Origin: Octopus sinensis
Lineage: Eukaryota
Assembly (NCBI RefSeq): GCF_006345805.1
Contig: NC_043003.1
Location: 113,274,001-113,338,000 of the forward strand
Length of the DNA stretch: 64,000 bases
Reading direction: 5' to 3'
Shown: positions 38,923 through 51,218 of the stretch, one piece after another
Layout: each line of letters begins with the position of its first letter
Position numbering within the stretch: the stretch's first letter is position 1
Translations under genes and position numbers: made by a program
Notes under the pieces: generated by a model
Told to the model about the DNA's origin: nothing
The model's input: the letters and a program-made list of their open reading frames with translations, nothing else
Databases searched by the model: none

Positions 38923-39348
38923 GGATCTTTTCGGTTTGAACGGCAGTTTTTAACATAATTTCTAGGTAACTAAAAAATTTTTAACTTCGTATACTGGTAG
39001 AATGTGTTTATAAAACATCTTTTTCTCTTGGCTTTATTGAGAAAATTCTATAGTTTGTAAGATATTTGTTGTTTTTCTTTCTTGCATTTCGGCAATTTCA
39101 ACCAATCAATGACCGTCTATTGAAGTGAAAACATTCTGTGCCGTATGAATATGCCCCTCGTTTAAGAAACAGATTGGGTTTATTTACATTTGTGAAGAAA
39201 AAAAGATACCCTTCCCCCACCCCTAACCCTAACTAACGCTCACCATAAAATAGATTGAAATGCAATAGATCGATACTAGGGTCATAATTATGGGTGACAA
39301 TTTCCTATGACACCGCTAGAAAAACTGCCGTTCAAACCGAAAAGATCC
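38923..39348 (+). mobile_element. MITE, GGATC family, copy 4 (TSD GACAAACT)
   Basis: Perfect 8-bp TSD at 38915-38922 and 39349-39356. Confidence 0.93.
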
Positions 39349-40354
39349 GACAAACTTTCTAAGAGCCATAGTGAAATCCCTCAGCCATGAAACTTCTTTT
39401 ACAATAGATACCATCCTTCATTAGTTTTGCAGCTGAACTCACTTCCCAAATATATATTCTTCAAGAATCCACGAAATTTTAAATAATGGCATTGAATAAA
39501 TCTGGAATAAATAATAAATACCCCAAAAAAAATGACCAATGAAGAGACAAGGAAAAAATAGTAGCCAATCAGAAAGCCTATAACACAGACCAATAAACAG
39601 ACAGAAACATCAGGCTAAACTCACTCCAATGAGGATACCAGCAGAATAAACGGTTTGTAACAATTCTCGCTTGGAAATCGCAATTGCGTGGAACTCGAGT
39701 CACTTTCAGTAAAGCATATACTCGCCTGTATTGAGTACTCTCCATTCATTCCTTTGAAACAATACAACGTTCGTTTGTGTGTGTATGTGCGTGCGTGTAT
39801 GTTTGTGAGAGAGAGAAAGAGATATGTATGTGCATGTATGTATGAGTGTGTGTGTGTACGCGTATCAACATCGTTCATTGGTTGAAGGCATGAGATTTAA
39901 ACATCCGCTGGCATCTAGAATGCTGGAAGTGAGAGTGATTAACTAACATATATCTGATCTTGCATAAAGAAAGCCCAGTCGTATCATCGTTTCTTAGAAT
40001 CGAAAGGAAACGCGATTTGAACGCAAAACATATAGCATTGAAACAAGTACAATAAGACATCTGCCTCGGCTGCATGAGCCGTTGAAGCCTTGCTTTTGGC
40101 TTTGTTTTCTGCCCAGGTTGAACCTGCTTTTCATCCTTCGGAGTCACTATTTTAAGTGGTACAAAGGTAGGTGGTTTAAACAATGTTATAAATGTATATG
40201 TGCAAGTTTGTGTGTGTAAATTACAAGGAGACAAACATTTGTAAATCCCCTGAGAAAAGTAGAATCGATTTAATGTAAAATTCGTTAAAAAGCTTTCTTG
40301 TATATTTAACCGGATATGCGTACATGAAGCACTGTAGTACAAATCTGTTAATAA

Positions 40355-40399
<45 letters not shown>

Positions 40400-40455
40400 C
40401 ATACATGGAAATATATATATATGTATGTATCTATCTATCTGTATCTATCTATCTG

Positions 40456-40498
<43 letters not shown>

Positions 40499-40562
40499 GA
40501 AAATAGTAATGCAATACGAGAGTATTGCTTTCCAGTAAAGGATAGCCCGTGAGGGTAAATTT

Positions 40563-40603
<41 letters not shown>

Positions 40604-42004
40604 TACATATCATATATGTATATATACATACATACATATCATATATGTATACATACATACATATTATATATGTATGTACACATACATATTTTTGTATAGG
40701 CATGTAGGGATATTTATTTCTATATAGGTAATGTATATATTTATATGCATTCATACATGCATGAAAACATGTGTATATATAGTATAAATTTATGCATATG
40801 CATACGTACATATATGTGTGTATGTGTATATATATATATATATATATGCATATGGGTATATATTTATATTTATGCTCGTAACTGTCATAATGGCTGTCAC
40901 AATTTTTTATATAATTGTCAGACATAAATGATTACTTAGATACATACGTGAAATATATATATATGTGTGTACATACATATATATACATTTCATTCTTACA
41001 GTTCACACGAACGCATGTACGTTCCTCTACATTCTGCGCTTAATCACTCAATCACAAGGTTTTATTTCAAGCAAGCTAAAGTTTCAACCATTTAGCAGAA
41101 GCGTTTACCGTATTGCACTTTACAGTAAAGTCCATTAGACTCTGGATCATTCCTGTAAGCAGATACAACCTGGCGTTTCTTCTTTAAGATAAAAAGAAAA
41201 TAGAACCGAGAAGCATGTTTATTATAAAAGTCTTAAGAACGCGATTTAAGTTACAAAACCTATCACATATCCTTCACTTACATGCGCATACTCACTCACC
41301 TACTCACGCATACACGTATATCTGCCTGTATGTATGTTCGTATGTCTCTGGTTATATATGCATGTGTAGTTTTCGAAGCGACGCCAGTTGTCTACGTGAT
41401 AAAACATAAATAAAATACAAATAACAAAATGATAAAAACCAATAGCATCCATTTTGTATCTTTGTTATTCATGTTTCATAACTTTCCGGCTATCATTTGA
41501 TATTCTTCGTTCAATCTGATCGTATGAGTTGGTTTGAGAAGGCGGTGATATAGTTGGGGTTAGTGATAGAAGGGGACTGCGGTGGGATTACGATACAGGA
41601 GCAGGGGGCCTGTGGATTTTGATGGTCATAATGAAGGAGATGGTGATCATGGCCATCGTACAAATGGCGCTGGAAACTGTTGATCATCTTCATCATATTT
41701 CTCATGGCTCTTGAGCTTACGTGCTCTGGTTAATACTGAGAAAGCGGACAGCATTCTGTTGTCAAAGGTCTCACAGGGTCTGTTTCCACAAATTATAAGA
41801 TTTGGTACTTAGGTGTTAAATATCATGAAAGATACTTAACACCCAAGCTCCAATTTCAAAATCCTAGCTGTCCCGAAAGGGCAGTTTTTGTGCACGTTCC
41901 ACCCTCGTGACAATTCTAATGTCTCTTACATATTTCTCAAATTTGCCACTTAGTGCTCTTCAATTGCTTCTGCAGCTCCTGTGATGACAGTTACTCTAAT
42001 CATT

Positions 42005-42196
42005 CTCTTTACTCTTTTACTTGTTTCAGTCATTTGACTGCGGCCATGCTGGAGCACCGCCTTTAGTCGAGCAAATCGACCCCGGGACTTATTCTTTGTA
42101 AGCCCAGTACTTATTCTATCGGTCTCTTTTTGCCGAACCGCTAAGTGACGGGGACGTAAACACACCAGCATCAGTTGTCAAGCAATGCTAGAGGGA

Positions 42197-42246
<50 letters not shown>

Positions 42247-42410
42247 CGACGGGCTTCTTTCAGTTTCCATCTACCAAATCCACTCACAAGGCATTGGTCG
42301 GCCCGGGGCTATAGTAGAAGACACTTGCCCAAGATGCCATGCAGTGGGACTGAACCCGGAACCATGTGGTTGGTTAGCAAGCTACTTACCACACAGCCAC
42401 TCATTGCGCA
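42005..42410 (-). mobile_element. SINE family B
   Basis: Full-length reverse-complement copy. Confidence 0.87.
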
Positions 42411-42796
42411 CATTCTTGCAACACCATATTTTAGTAACTTGTATTTTCCTATCTTTTCCAACACTTTATCACCCACTCATGCGTCCCCGGTTATGGCAAT
42501 ATCTATGATCCTAGTTTCTTTGCATCCACCACAGCAATGTCTGATCTCTGAACATCAATTAACAATCTACATTGGATTGTAAAATCCCAAAGTATCCAAT
42601 GGACAATCCTTTTCTCTACTGTCATGACCTCTTTTATATTCTTTCTGGGCTAGTGGCGTACATTGGCTGGTAATATGCCATACGGTTTCACCATTTTGTC
42701 CACAGATTCTGCACTTATTACTTTCTCATGTGTTGTCTATTCTGTTATTGATGTAATTCGTTCTTAGTGCTTGCTTTTGGGCAGCACAGATTAGAG

Positions 42797-45070
42797 CAGT
42801 GTTTCCCAAACTTTTCGCGCGAAATAGTAATATCGCCCACTTATCGGCCAAAAAATGCTCCATCCCCCACCTGTGAAAACACCCCGACAAAAGCCCACCC
42901 AACACAAAATCTCCTAGGACCCTACCCTTGTATCATTTGACATACTATATCCTACACTCATTTCCGTGTTAGTGCTATTTGGACTAAATATACGGTTGTT
43001 TACAAATCCCTCATTGTGGGTTTAGTTTTGCCATTAGTGTGAACAAAATTCTAACGTTAACTCTGTGTTATGCAGATTAACTTCTGGAAACTTGCGCTTT
43101 CTTTTACACGAATTTTCATTTTCCCCAAATGAACCATTGATCAGAACCACCGATGCAAAAATAATTGATTGTGTTATAAAAAAGAAGAAAACTTTTTAAT
43201 GAGAACCATGTGTCTGGTGCGATGCAGCTAGTGCAGATACATTCGGTTTCAAACTTGTCGACTTTAGTCGCAAGTCTCCCCGTTGTATTACATCCAGTCC
43301 AATTCTTTTATGGGAAAATAAAGTTCCAACATGGTTAAAACCAGATTCAACCAGGTATGAGGTAGGGAAGGCAAGCAAAAGTAATTTCACATGTTTCCAC
43401 AGATTGGGGTTGGAATTCAATATACTCTGATGGTACCACAAACCTTCTTTGCCATTACGGCGATGTCGCATTGTGGCGTCATTGTCATTTTGTAATTCTA
43501 TCAATTCTTCCTGAATGTTGTCTTCGCAATCTACTGCATCAACCTCAGATGGGTTGCTATACCAATTTGGAATATTCAGTGCAATAACATCTTGAAATCG
43601 CTCCACTATGTTATCATGCAATGATTGTAAATAGTTGCGATATGTAGTTAAATCTTCATTAACTAATTCATCTTTCAAAGAATCAAATTGTGGAAATTGA
43701 TGGAATTTACGTTTTGAAATGTTAGTCTTAAACACCACCAATTTCGAGATGGTGGTAGTGATGAATAATTTACAATCAATGAGAGATTTTTCTGTTTCCT
43801 TACAATAACTTATTCAAATCATTTAATTTTGTGAATATATCACAAAGAAAATAAATATCACACCTTACAGCCATCAATGAAGCGGAGAGTGGAGTAGCTT
43901 CAAAGAAAGATATGATTATATGAAACAGTTCAATGAAGTGTAAAACAGTTTCCTTTTGACAGCCACCGCACTTCAGCATGGTCTAAGAGTTTAGTATGGT
44001 CCTCATCATTTCTCAGAGTTGATGGAAAATTCGATCAGGCAAGGGGTTGGACTTCAATTTGTTCACAATATTGATAACTAACTGCAGCGCATCGTTCAGT
44101 CTAATGTTCATATTTTTTGCCACTAAATATACCGGTGAGGCAAGCAATGAACAGCTAGTATCTGGTGGGAAATGTCATACTTTAGGAGAAATGAAAAACC
44201 TCTGTATCTTCCTATCATCGAAAGGACTCCATCAGACGCACAGGCAAGAATATTACTGAGTGGGATATGTTCAAAAACGAAAGGCTTGAGAGTGTGAAAA
44301 ATAGTTGCACCTCTTGACTCAAGGGCAATTTCTCTGTGAACAGCATTTCCTCACAAGGTTAAAGGGCTTCGTTGAAATATCGAACGTATACCATCATCAA
44401 TCATTGATTGTCCACAACAGTTGACTCATCCGCTTGTATAGAAAATTTAGAACGACGGAGAATATTAGTGAGCTGATGTTTGATATCACTGGCCATTTCA
44501 TCGATGCGTCGAGAAATTGTGTTATTACCAAATGGGATCTTCTTTATAATGTTATCAGGTTTTTCGTACATAACGGTTGACAAAACCTCTTCTATAATTG
44601 GGTGAAGTAATGTTTCTCGAATTGTGTGAGACTTCCAAGACTTAGCAACAAGCAATACAATGTTGTACGATGCAATCAACCCGTCATTCTCCTGTTTACT
44701 AGTCTCTTGGAGCAGCGTGTTGAATGTTTGCCTTTACTTTTTGAAAGAGGAGATCAGTTGCAAAAAGTATGACAACGGCTTCTCCTTCTTGTCAGAAAGT
44801 TTTGCATCAAAGTGATACTTCAAGCGTGAAGATTTCATTGCTTCGTTGGTCAATGTTCGATGGCAAAGGAGATATATTGATAACTCAGAGTTCTCAGAGG
44901 GAATAAATCCAAACGATAAATAATCACTACTGTACTGTTGACAAATTTTCTTGACTGGAGGCATCAGTAAAGTGAAAGTGTGAAAACGAATTTCTACAGA
45001 TAGCGTCTGAAAGGCAGTACGGTATTCCTGAAGAGAAGTCGATAGAGCAGTGTCAGATGACACGTCTTTA
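42797..45070 (-). mobile_element. hAT (Buster/Charlie, ZBED5-like) transposon with frameshifted, internally deleted transposase
   Basis: Terminus CAGTGTTTCCCAAACTTTT with flank GATTAGAG (nnnTAnnn type); QYSSDYLSFGF...LTNEAMKSSRL (BED-like), NNTISRRIDEMASD...FSIQADES, LLLAFPTSYLVESGF (dimerisation domain). Other TIR not found; a Dong-like LINE scrap lies at about 45075-45145. Confidence 0.9.
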
Positions 45071-46014
45071 CTGGAGCAAATAAGGATTTTTGCCTTCCCC
45101 TTTTCGTCCATTACCTTTTCCTGTGTATGTTGGTACCGAGCACCCTATTATTATTATTTCACATACAACAGATTAAACTGTTTGAAATTCCTAATCTCGG
45201 GCCACAAGTGACCTTAGATGCTAAGAACCTTATGTATCTTAGCAGTCCCTAATAACATCACATCACTAGAAAGTTTCTCTTTTTATGTTTTCAAAAGTTA
45301 TTACTTATTCAAACATTGTTCTATAGGATTTAAGGCCACCAAAACCCTACAGGATTGGCTGACTTGCTTGTTTACGCTCTTTTGGGATTACAAATTATAA
45401 AGAAAATTTTTTAAATTGTTTCGAAAATATTGTTAAAAAAAAGCAGGACATTCTCTGACTTAGCTTGGTTAATGGAAAGAGGGAAGTGAGGGAGAAGTTT
45501 ATGAGAAAATTATAGCTGACGTGAAACCTCCTCGCCGTTGCTTTTATGTTGAAAGGAAGGAGAACACACTTCATGTCCAAAGTCCAGAGAACTACATAAC
45601 TGCTGTGACGGTAGACCGCATCAGAAACAATAACGGGAATGGCAAAGAAAGGACAGAAGCACAAAAGTCAGAAGTTGTTCTAGCGAAGGCAGATTGAAAA
45701 GGAGGAGAACATAGCAACGTTTAATTTTCACAGTGATTTCTCCGTACCCTCAATTTCGTGTGACCTTCGAAATTCTGGTGGCGAAAAAGATTTTTGTTTG
45801 GAAATTTGTTGCTATTGTTGGCTTTGCATTGTTTATACGCTGTTCCACTGTTCTAGTCTATCTTCCGTTTTTTTAGTGAATTCTGTGGCGAGAGAAGAAT
45901 CGTTTAGCACTTTGGAGTAATATTTGAGGCTCTTTACATTCTGCGTTCGAATCCCGCCAGTCTTAATTTTGTTCTTCAGCTTTCGGTGGGGGCTAATAGA
46001 ATATATGGTATTAA

Positions 46015-46243
46015 GGCGACGAGCTGGCAGAATCGTTAGCACGCCGGGCGAAATGCGTAGCCGTATTTCGTCTGCCGTTACGTTCTGAGTTCAAATTCCA
46101 CCGAGGTCTACTTTGCTTTTCATCCTTTCGGGGTCGATAAATTAAGTACCAGTTACGCACTGGGGTCGATATAATCAACTTAATTCGTTTGTCTGTCCTT
46201 GTTTATCCCCTCTATGTTTAACCCCTTCTGGGTAGTAAAGAAA
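46015..46243 (+). mobile_element. SINE family A
   Basis: Full-length copy. Confidence 0.88.
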
Positions 46244-47082
46244 CGTAATAGAATAAAGTACCAGTGAAATGTTGGGCTTGGTGCAATCGACTTTCTTCGC
46301 AACTTCTGCCCTTGTACCAAAGTTAGAATTAGTATCACTGTCGCTACAGTTGTTGTTGTTGTTGGTGGTGGTGGTAGAAGTAGTAATTGTATGCGTGCGC
46401 GCAGACTGACATATAAACACATTTTGGTGATGTAGAAATGCTACATAAGAAAGTAAGCCAGCACGCACGGCTGAACTCTCGATAGCATTGAATATTAGGC
46501 AGCGATATCTTTACCTAAAGATATCTTCTTTTCTTAAAATAACTTGTTTGTTAAAACTGGAATAGTTGAACAGTGTGGCAGTATTGATTTCTGGCTTAGT
46601 GCCTGCCACTCTGCAACGACTGGCAACAGTCTGCTGGTACAAAGTCGTAAAAACAAGACTACAGACCCCCAAATCATTCCATTTTATATGAGTTGCTAAT
46701 AATCCGGAGAAGAATGAGCATCAACACATCCCGTTTGTATTTTCAATTCGACAATTCCATCAATTTGCCGCTCTCTCTTGTCTACTACGTATTCAAAGGA
46801 ATACAGGAATGACAGAATATTTAGAAGACATTGGAGTAGTAGTAGCAGCAGCAGCAGCAGCATCAACGGTATCATATATTTATAGATTGTAAACAGTTTC
46901 CTACAGTCCATGCAAGTAATAACAATTCGCATCTCAACGTTTAAAAAATTACTTTGAAAAGCGATTCCAATATCATTTCCTCAAATTTCCTTTTGTTTCT
47001 ATTATATTCCCTGTATTTCGATATAACCTGGACAGGTGTTCACTCGAGTATATTCGATATCATATCACTCACTATTAATATC

Positions 47083-47405
47083 GTGGAGGCACTTGGCCTA
47101 GTTGTTAGTGCAGCGGACTCGCGGTCGAGGTGATCGCGGGTTCGAATCTCAGACCGGGCGATGTGTGTGTTTATGAGCGAAAACATCAAAGTCCCACACG
47201 GTTCCGGCAGAAGGTAATGGCAGAAGGTAATGGTGAAACTTCTGCTGACTCTTTCGCCACACCTTTCTCTCACTCTTTCCTCCTGCATCATGCAGCTCAC
47301 CTGCGATGGACCGGCGTCTCGTCCAGGTGGGGAACCTATATGCCAAGAAACCGGGAAAGCGGCCCTTTATGAGCCAGGCATGGCTTGGGAAGGAACAAAC
47401 AACAA
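47083..47405 (+). mobile_element. SINE family C head with tail type 3
   Basis: Family C head; tail contains TGCGATGGACCGGCGTCTCGTCCAGG and ends in (AAC/AAAC)n. Confidence 0.8.
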
Positions 47406-47759
47406 ACTATTAATATCAAATGAGATAGATTTCCTTTTTGTTTTTGTTTCTTTTTTTTGTTTTGTTTTTTTTTGTTTTTATTTTTCATTTACTTTCCCTG
47501 ACCTTTTTGTATGTGTTTTGTTTCTGAAATATCTGATAAGTGTTGAAACGCCTTCTCAATACAGCAGTTCCCATATACTTCTATGACTATTTAAAATAGC
47601 CGCTATATCGATTTTTCAATGAAAGTTGTATCAACAAGTATGGAACTCCAGCAGCAAATGATGTGGGGGTGGGGGTGCGTGCGTGTTAGTGTCGGTATGA
47701 ATGTGTCTGTGTTTTTGCACTTGTGAATGTACATCCATACTTTCATATATGTAAACGTA

Positions 47760-48230
47760 TAAGGGGGTCTCGTATTGAAATTCCAATCCAAATTTCCAAG
47801 TTTCTTAGATTAATCCTGGAAACTCTATTAATTACAAGACCCAACACCCATTTTACTACAATGACGATATGACCATCTCTCCTCCTTTCCATGGCAACCC
47901 GAATGTCATCACCATCGCAAATGATGCCGTAAGACACACCACAAATAATCATGTCATACAGAAGGTTCTATTTGTAGCCAAGTCGATATATTCGAGAAGT
48001 GATTTAATAAACCTGTTCTTGTTCATGTCCCCTATCACATCCCCAGTGGCAACCTTCAACAAGTCCTTGGTATTAAAGGGAGTCACAAGTTAGCAGAAAG
48101 AACGACATCGTAGATGTAATAGTCCGGGCGAGTTGAAAGCAGGAGATTTATAAGACCACATAGTGGAGGTCACGTGGTCGTTAAAATGTTCTGGGTTAGG
48201 AAGGCTACGTGAGAGGGAGAGGGCAAAGTC
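47760..48230 (-). mobile_element. Highly decayed LINE 5' region / APE endonuclease relic
   Basis: DGDDIRVAMERRRDGHIVIVVK...NLEIWIGI resembles the GY.I.R.DR..RGGGV...LE.IW segment of APE domains. Confidence 0.4.
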
Positions 48231-48782
48231 TTGCTAGAGCACGTAAGACTTACACTGAGCCATTAGCTTGATCAAAGCTTTGACTACTGTATCAAGTACC
48301 TCCATATGGACTATGGTACTGGCTTTGGGTCACTGTAAAATGATATGTCTCACTTGTTCGTGTTTCATAAAGACAAGAACTTGGTGATACCAAATTCGAA
48401 CGGACGCACCAGTTTAAAGTACTGGATTGCCAGTCACCATATTTAATGATATTTGGTACCTTCTGATTAGTCATGTGGTCTATCACATGATTAGACACAT
48501 GATTGTTCAGTTGTAGTGTTTGTTTTTTAACATCTGAGAGGTAACATCAGGTGGCTCTGTTTTAATTGCATTGTCATTAGTGTCACGTCGATGTTTTTTT
48601 TTTCTCTTTTTGGACAGTGCCATGTTTTCGATTTCCAGTCGTGGAGTAACGAAATATTGTGGTGATACAAGTGTTTCTGAAGATGTTTGCTGTTGGCTCT
48701 GTACAACTGGTTGAGCTTGCAGTGTTGGACGATGCGTTATTACATTGTTCTGAGCGATTGCCCTTCTATATTGCAACATTTA

Positions 48783-49188
48783 AGCTGCTGAGCTGGCAGA
48801 AAGGTTGGCACGCCGGGCGAAATGCTTTGCGGTATTTCGTCTGCCGTTACGTTCTGAGTTCGAATTCCGCCGAGGTCGACTTTGCCTTTCATCCTTTCGG
48901 GGTCGATAAATTAAGTACCAGTTACGTACTGGTCGATGTAATCGACTTAATCCGTTTGTCTGTCCTTGTATGTCCCTTCTGTGTTTAGCCCCTTGTGGGT
49001 AATAAAGAAATAGGTATATCGCTTGCCGTTACGTTCTGAGTTCAAATTCTGCCGAGGTCGACGTTGCCTTTCATCCTTTCGGGGTCGATTAATTAAGTAC
49101 CAGTTACGCACTGGTCGATGTAATCGACTTCATCCGTTTGTCTGTCCTTGTTTGTCCCTTCTGTGTTTAGCCCCTTGTGGGTAGTAAA
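48783..49188 (+). mobile_element. Head-to-tail pair of family A SINEs (second copy 5'-truncated)
   Basis: Copies at about 48783-49012 and 49020-49188. Confidence 0.85.
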
Positions 49189-49619
49189 GTCCAGGCGAGT
49201 TGAAAGCAAGAAATTTTTAAGACCACATAGTGGAGGTGATGTGGTCGTTAAAACATTTATACATGTTGCTTATGTGACGCTGTTATAGGGTACCTACACT
49301 GTGGTTCTTGGGTGTGTGTGTGTGTGTGCGTGTGTTCACGTATATGAGTGGGTGTATGAATGTACACACACGCACGCTCGTGCACACAACACCCCCCCCC
49401 CCCCACACACACACTGCGTCATAGATATAGCTGTACTTCAAGCAGAAAATATTGCTATTGACATCGTTGAAGATAGAATATAATAAAAATATTTTATCTG
49501 CATCGAGAAAAATCCATGGCATCGCCTCTTCCATGAAATAAACTTTGCTTCTGTGACAGATGAGTACAAATATTGTTGATATTAACGGCAGTGAGCAATG
49601 TAATCGGAAGAGCGCCCAT

Positions 49620-50016
49620 ACTCTTTACTCTTTTACTTGTTTCAGTCATTTGACTGCGGCCATGCTGGAGCACCGCCTTTAGTCGAGCAAATCGACCCCG
49701 GGACTTATTCTTTGTAAGCCCAGTACTTATTTTATCGGTCTCTTTTGCCGAACCGCTAAGTGACGGGGGACGTAAACACACCAGCATCGGTTGTCGAGCA
49801 ATGCTAGGGGGACAAACACAGACACACAAACACACATACATATATATATACATATATACGACAGGCTTCTTTCAGTTTCCGTATACCAAATCCACTCACA
49901 AGGCATTGGTTGGCCCGGGGCTATAGCAGAAGACATTTGCCCAAGATGCCACGCAGTGGGACTGAACCCGGAACCATGTGGTTGGTTAGCAAGCTACTTA
50001 CCACACAGCCACTCTT
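49620..50016 (-). mobile_element. SINE family B
   Basis: Full-length; possible TSD GCGCCCAT at 49612-49619 and 50017-50024. Confidence 0.87.
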
Positions 50017-50429
50017 GCGCCCATGCTAACCTTTTTTTCACTTGTATGCTCTAAGTTCAAACTGGAGAGGGTTTGAATTCTAAACTAAGTGATTGTAATC
50101 AACGTTGTATTTCACCTGCGAAATGAGGCAATGGAGACATTTGTCAATCAGCTGATCACAGCGATCGAAGGTTACTTTTTCTTTATGCTGAAACTCGCAA
50201 ACTTCAACGTTACCTTTTTTGTATGGAGAAGCAAATCCTCCGCTTTTACTTATCAACCAAACACATCCACACGCACGAACACTCACCGACAGGTAAGCAC
50301 ACACACACATACACATTTAGATAGATATATGCATAATATTGAATATACGAGATGCAGGTGTAATATCGATACAGATAAATATGTAACAGAACACTGTCGT
50401 TCTGTGTATCAAATTATATTTTATGTAAG

Positions 50430-50805
50430 TATGCAAGAGTGGCTGTGTGGTAAGTAGCTGGCTTACCAACCACATGGTTCCAGGTTCAGTCCCACTACGT
50501 TGGGCAATTGACTTCTACTAGAGCTTTGGACCGTCCAAAGCCATGTAAGTGGATTTGGTAGACGGAAACTTAAAGAAGCCCGTCGAATATATATATGTGT
50601 GAGTGTGTGTGTTTCTGTATTTGTCCCCCTGCCATCGCTTGACAACCGATGTTGGTGTGTTTACGTCCCCGTAACTTAGTGATTCGGCAACATATATCGA
50701 TAGCATAAGTACTAGACTCACAAAGAATAATGCCTTGAGTCGATTTGCTCGACTAAAGGCGGTTTTCCAGCATGGCACAGTCACATGACTGAAACAAGTA
50801 AAACA
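50430..50805 (+). mobile_element. SINE family B, diverged
   Basis: Head and tail match family B. Confidence 0.82.
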
Positions 50806-50869
50806 GTATATATATATATATAAAGAGAGAGAGAGAGAGAGAGAGAGCTACTATGTATGTAGATATAAG

Positions 50870-50933
<64 letters not shown>

Positions 50934-51023
50934 ATATATACTCTGCAGGATGACACATTTTTCGAGTGCGTACGTATGTGACTATATAGATAATTGTATG
51001 TATGTATGTGTGTGCATGAATGC

Positions 51024-51065
<42 letters not shown>

Positions 51066-51178
51066 GTAAAAAGTGAAAAAACTACAGAAGGCTTGTTTTA
51101 AAAGGTTAAAAAATATATATTTGAGTCAATATGTCTGAAGAATATTATAAATTTTTTTCTTACAATGACATAATTTAG

Positions 51179-51218
51179 AAGAAATGACCGGTTTCGCGTT
51201 TAGCTTTTCAAATTTCTT
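51179..51218 (-). ncRNA. Minimal type I hammerhead ribozyme, U3-A8 core variant
   Basis: Minus strand reads AAGAAAU-UUGAAAA-GC-UAAAC-GC-GAAA-CCG-GUC|AUUUCUU: 7-bp stem I, 2-bp stem II, palindromic ACCGGU stem III, GUC site. Confidence 0.7.

Noticed and set aside
39875-40342. 155-aa minus-strand ORF
   Set aside because: Runs through a degenerate family A SINE (about 40050-40175) and simple repeats; no domain recognised.
45473-45697. 74-codon stop-free frame WKEGSEGEVYEKIIADVKPPRRCFYV...KSEVVL
   Set aside because: No start codon or usable acceptor; by eye it resembles the CR1/L2 endonuclease-RT linker (YE..IA..K.NP..F...EKAE.L), so it is probably a LINE relic.
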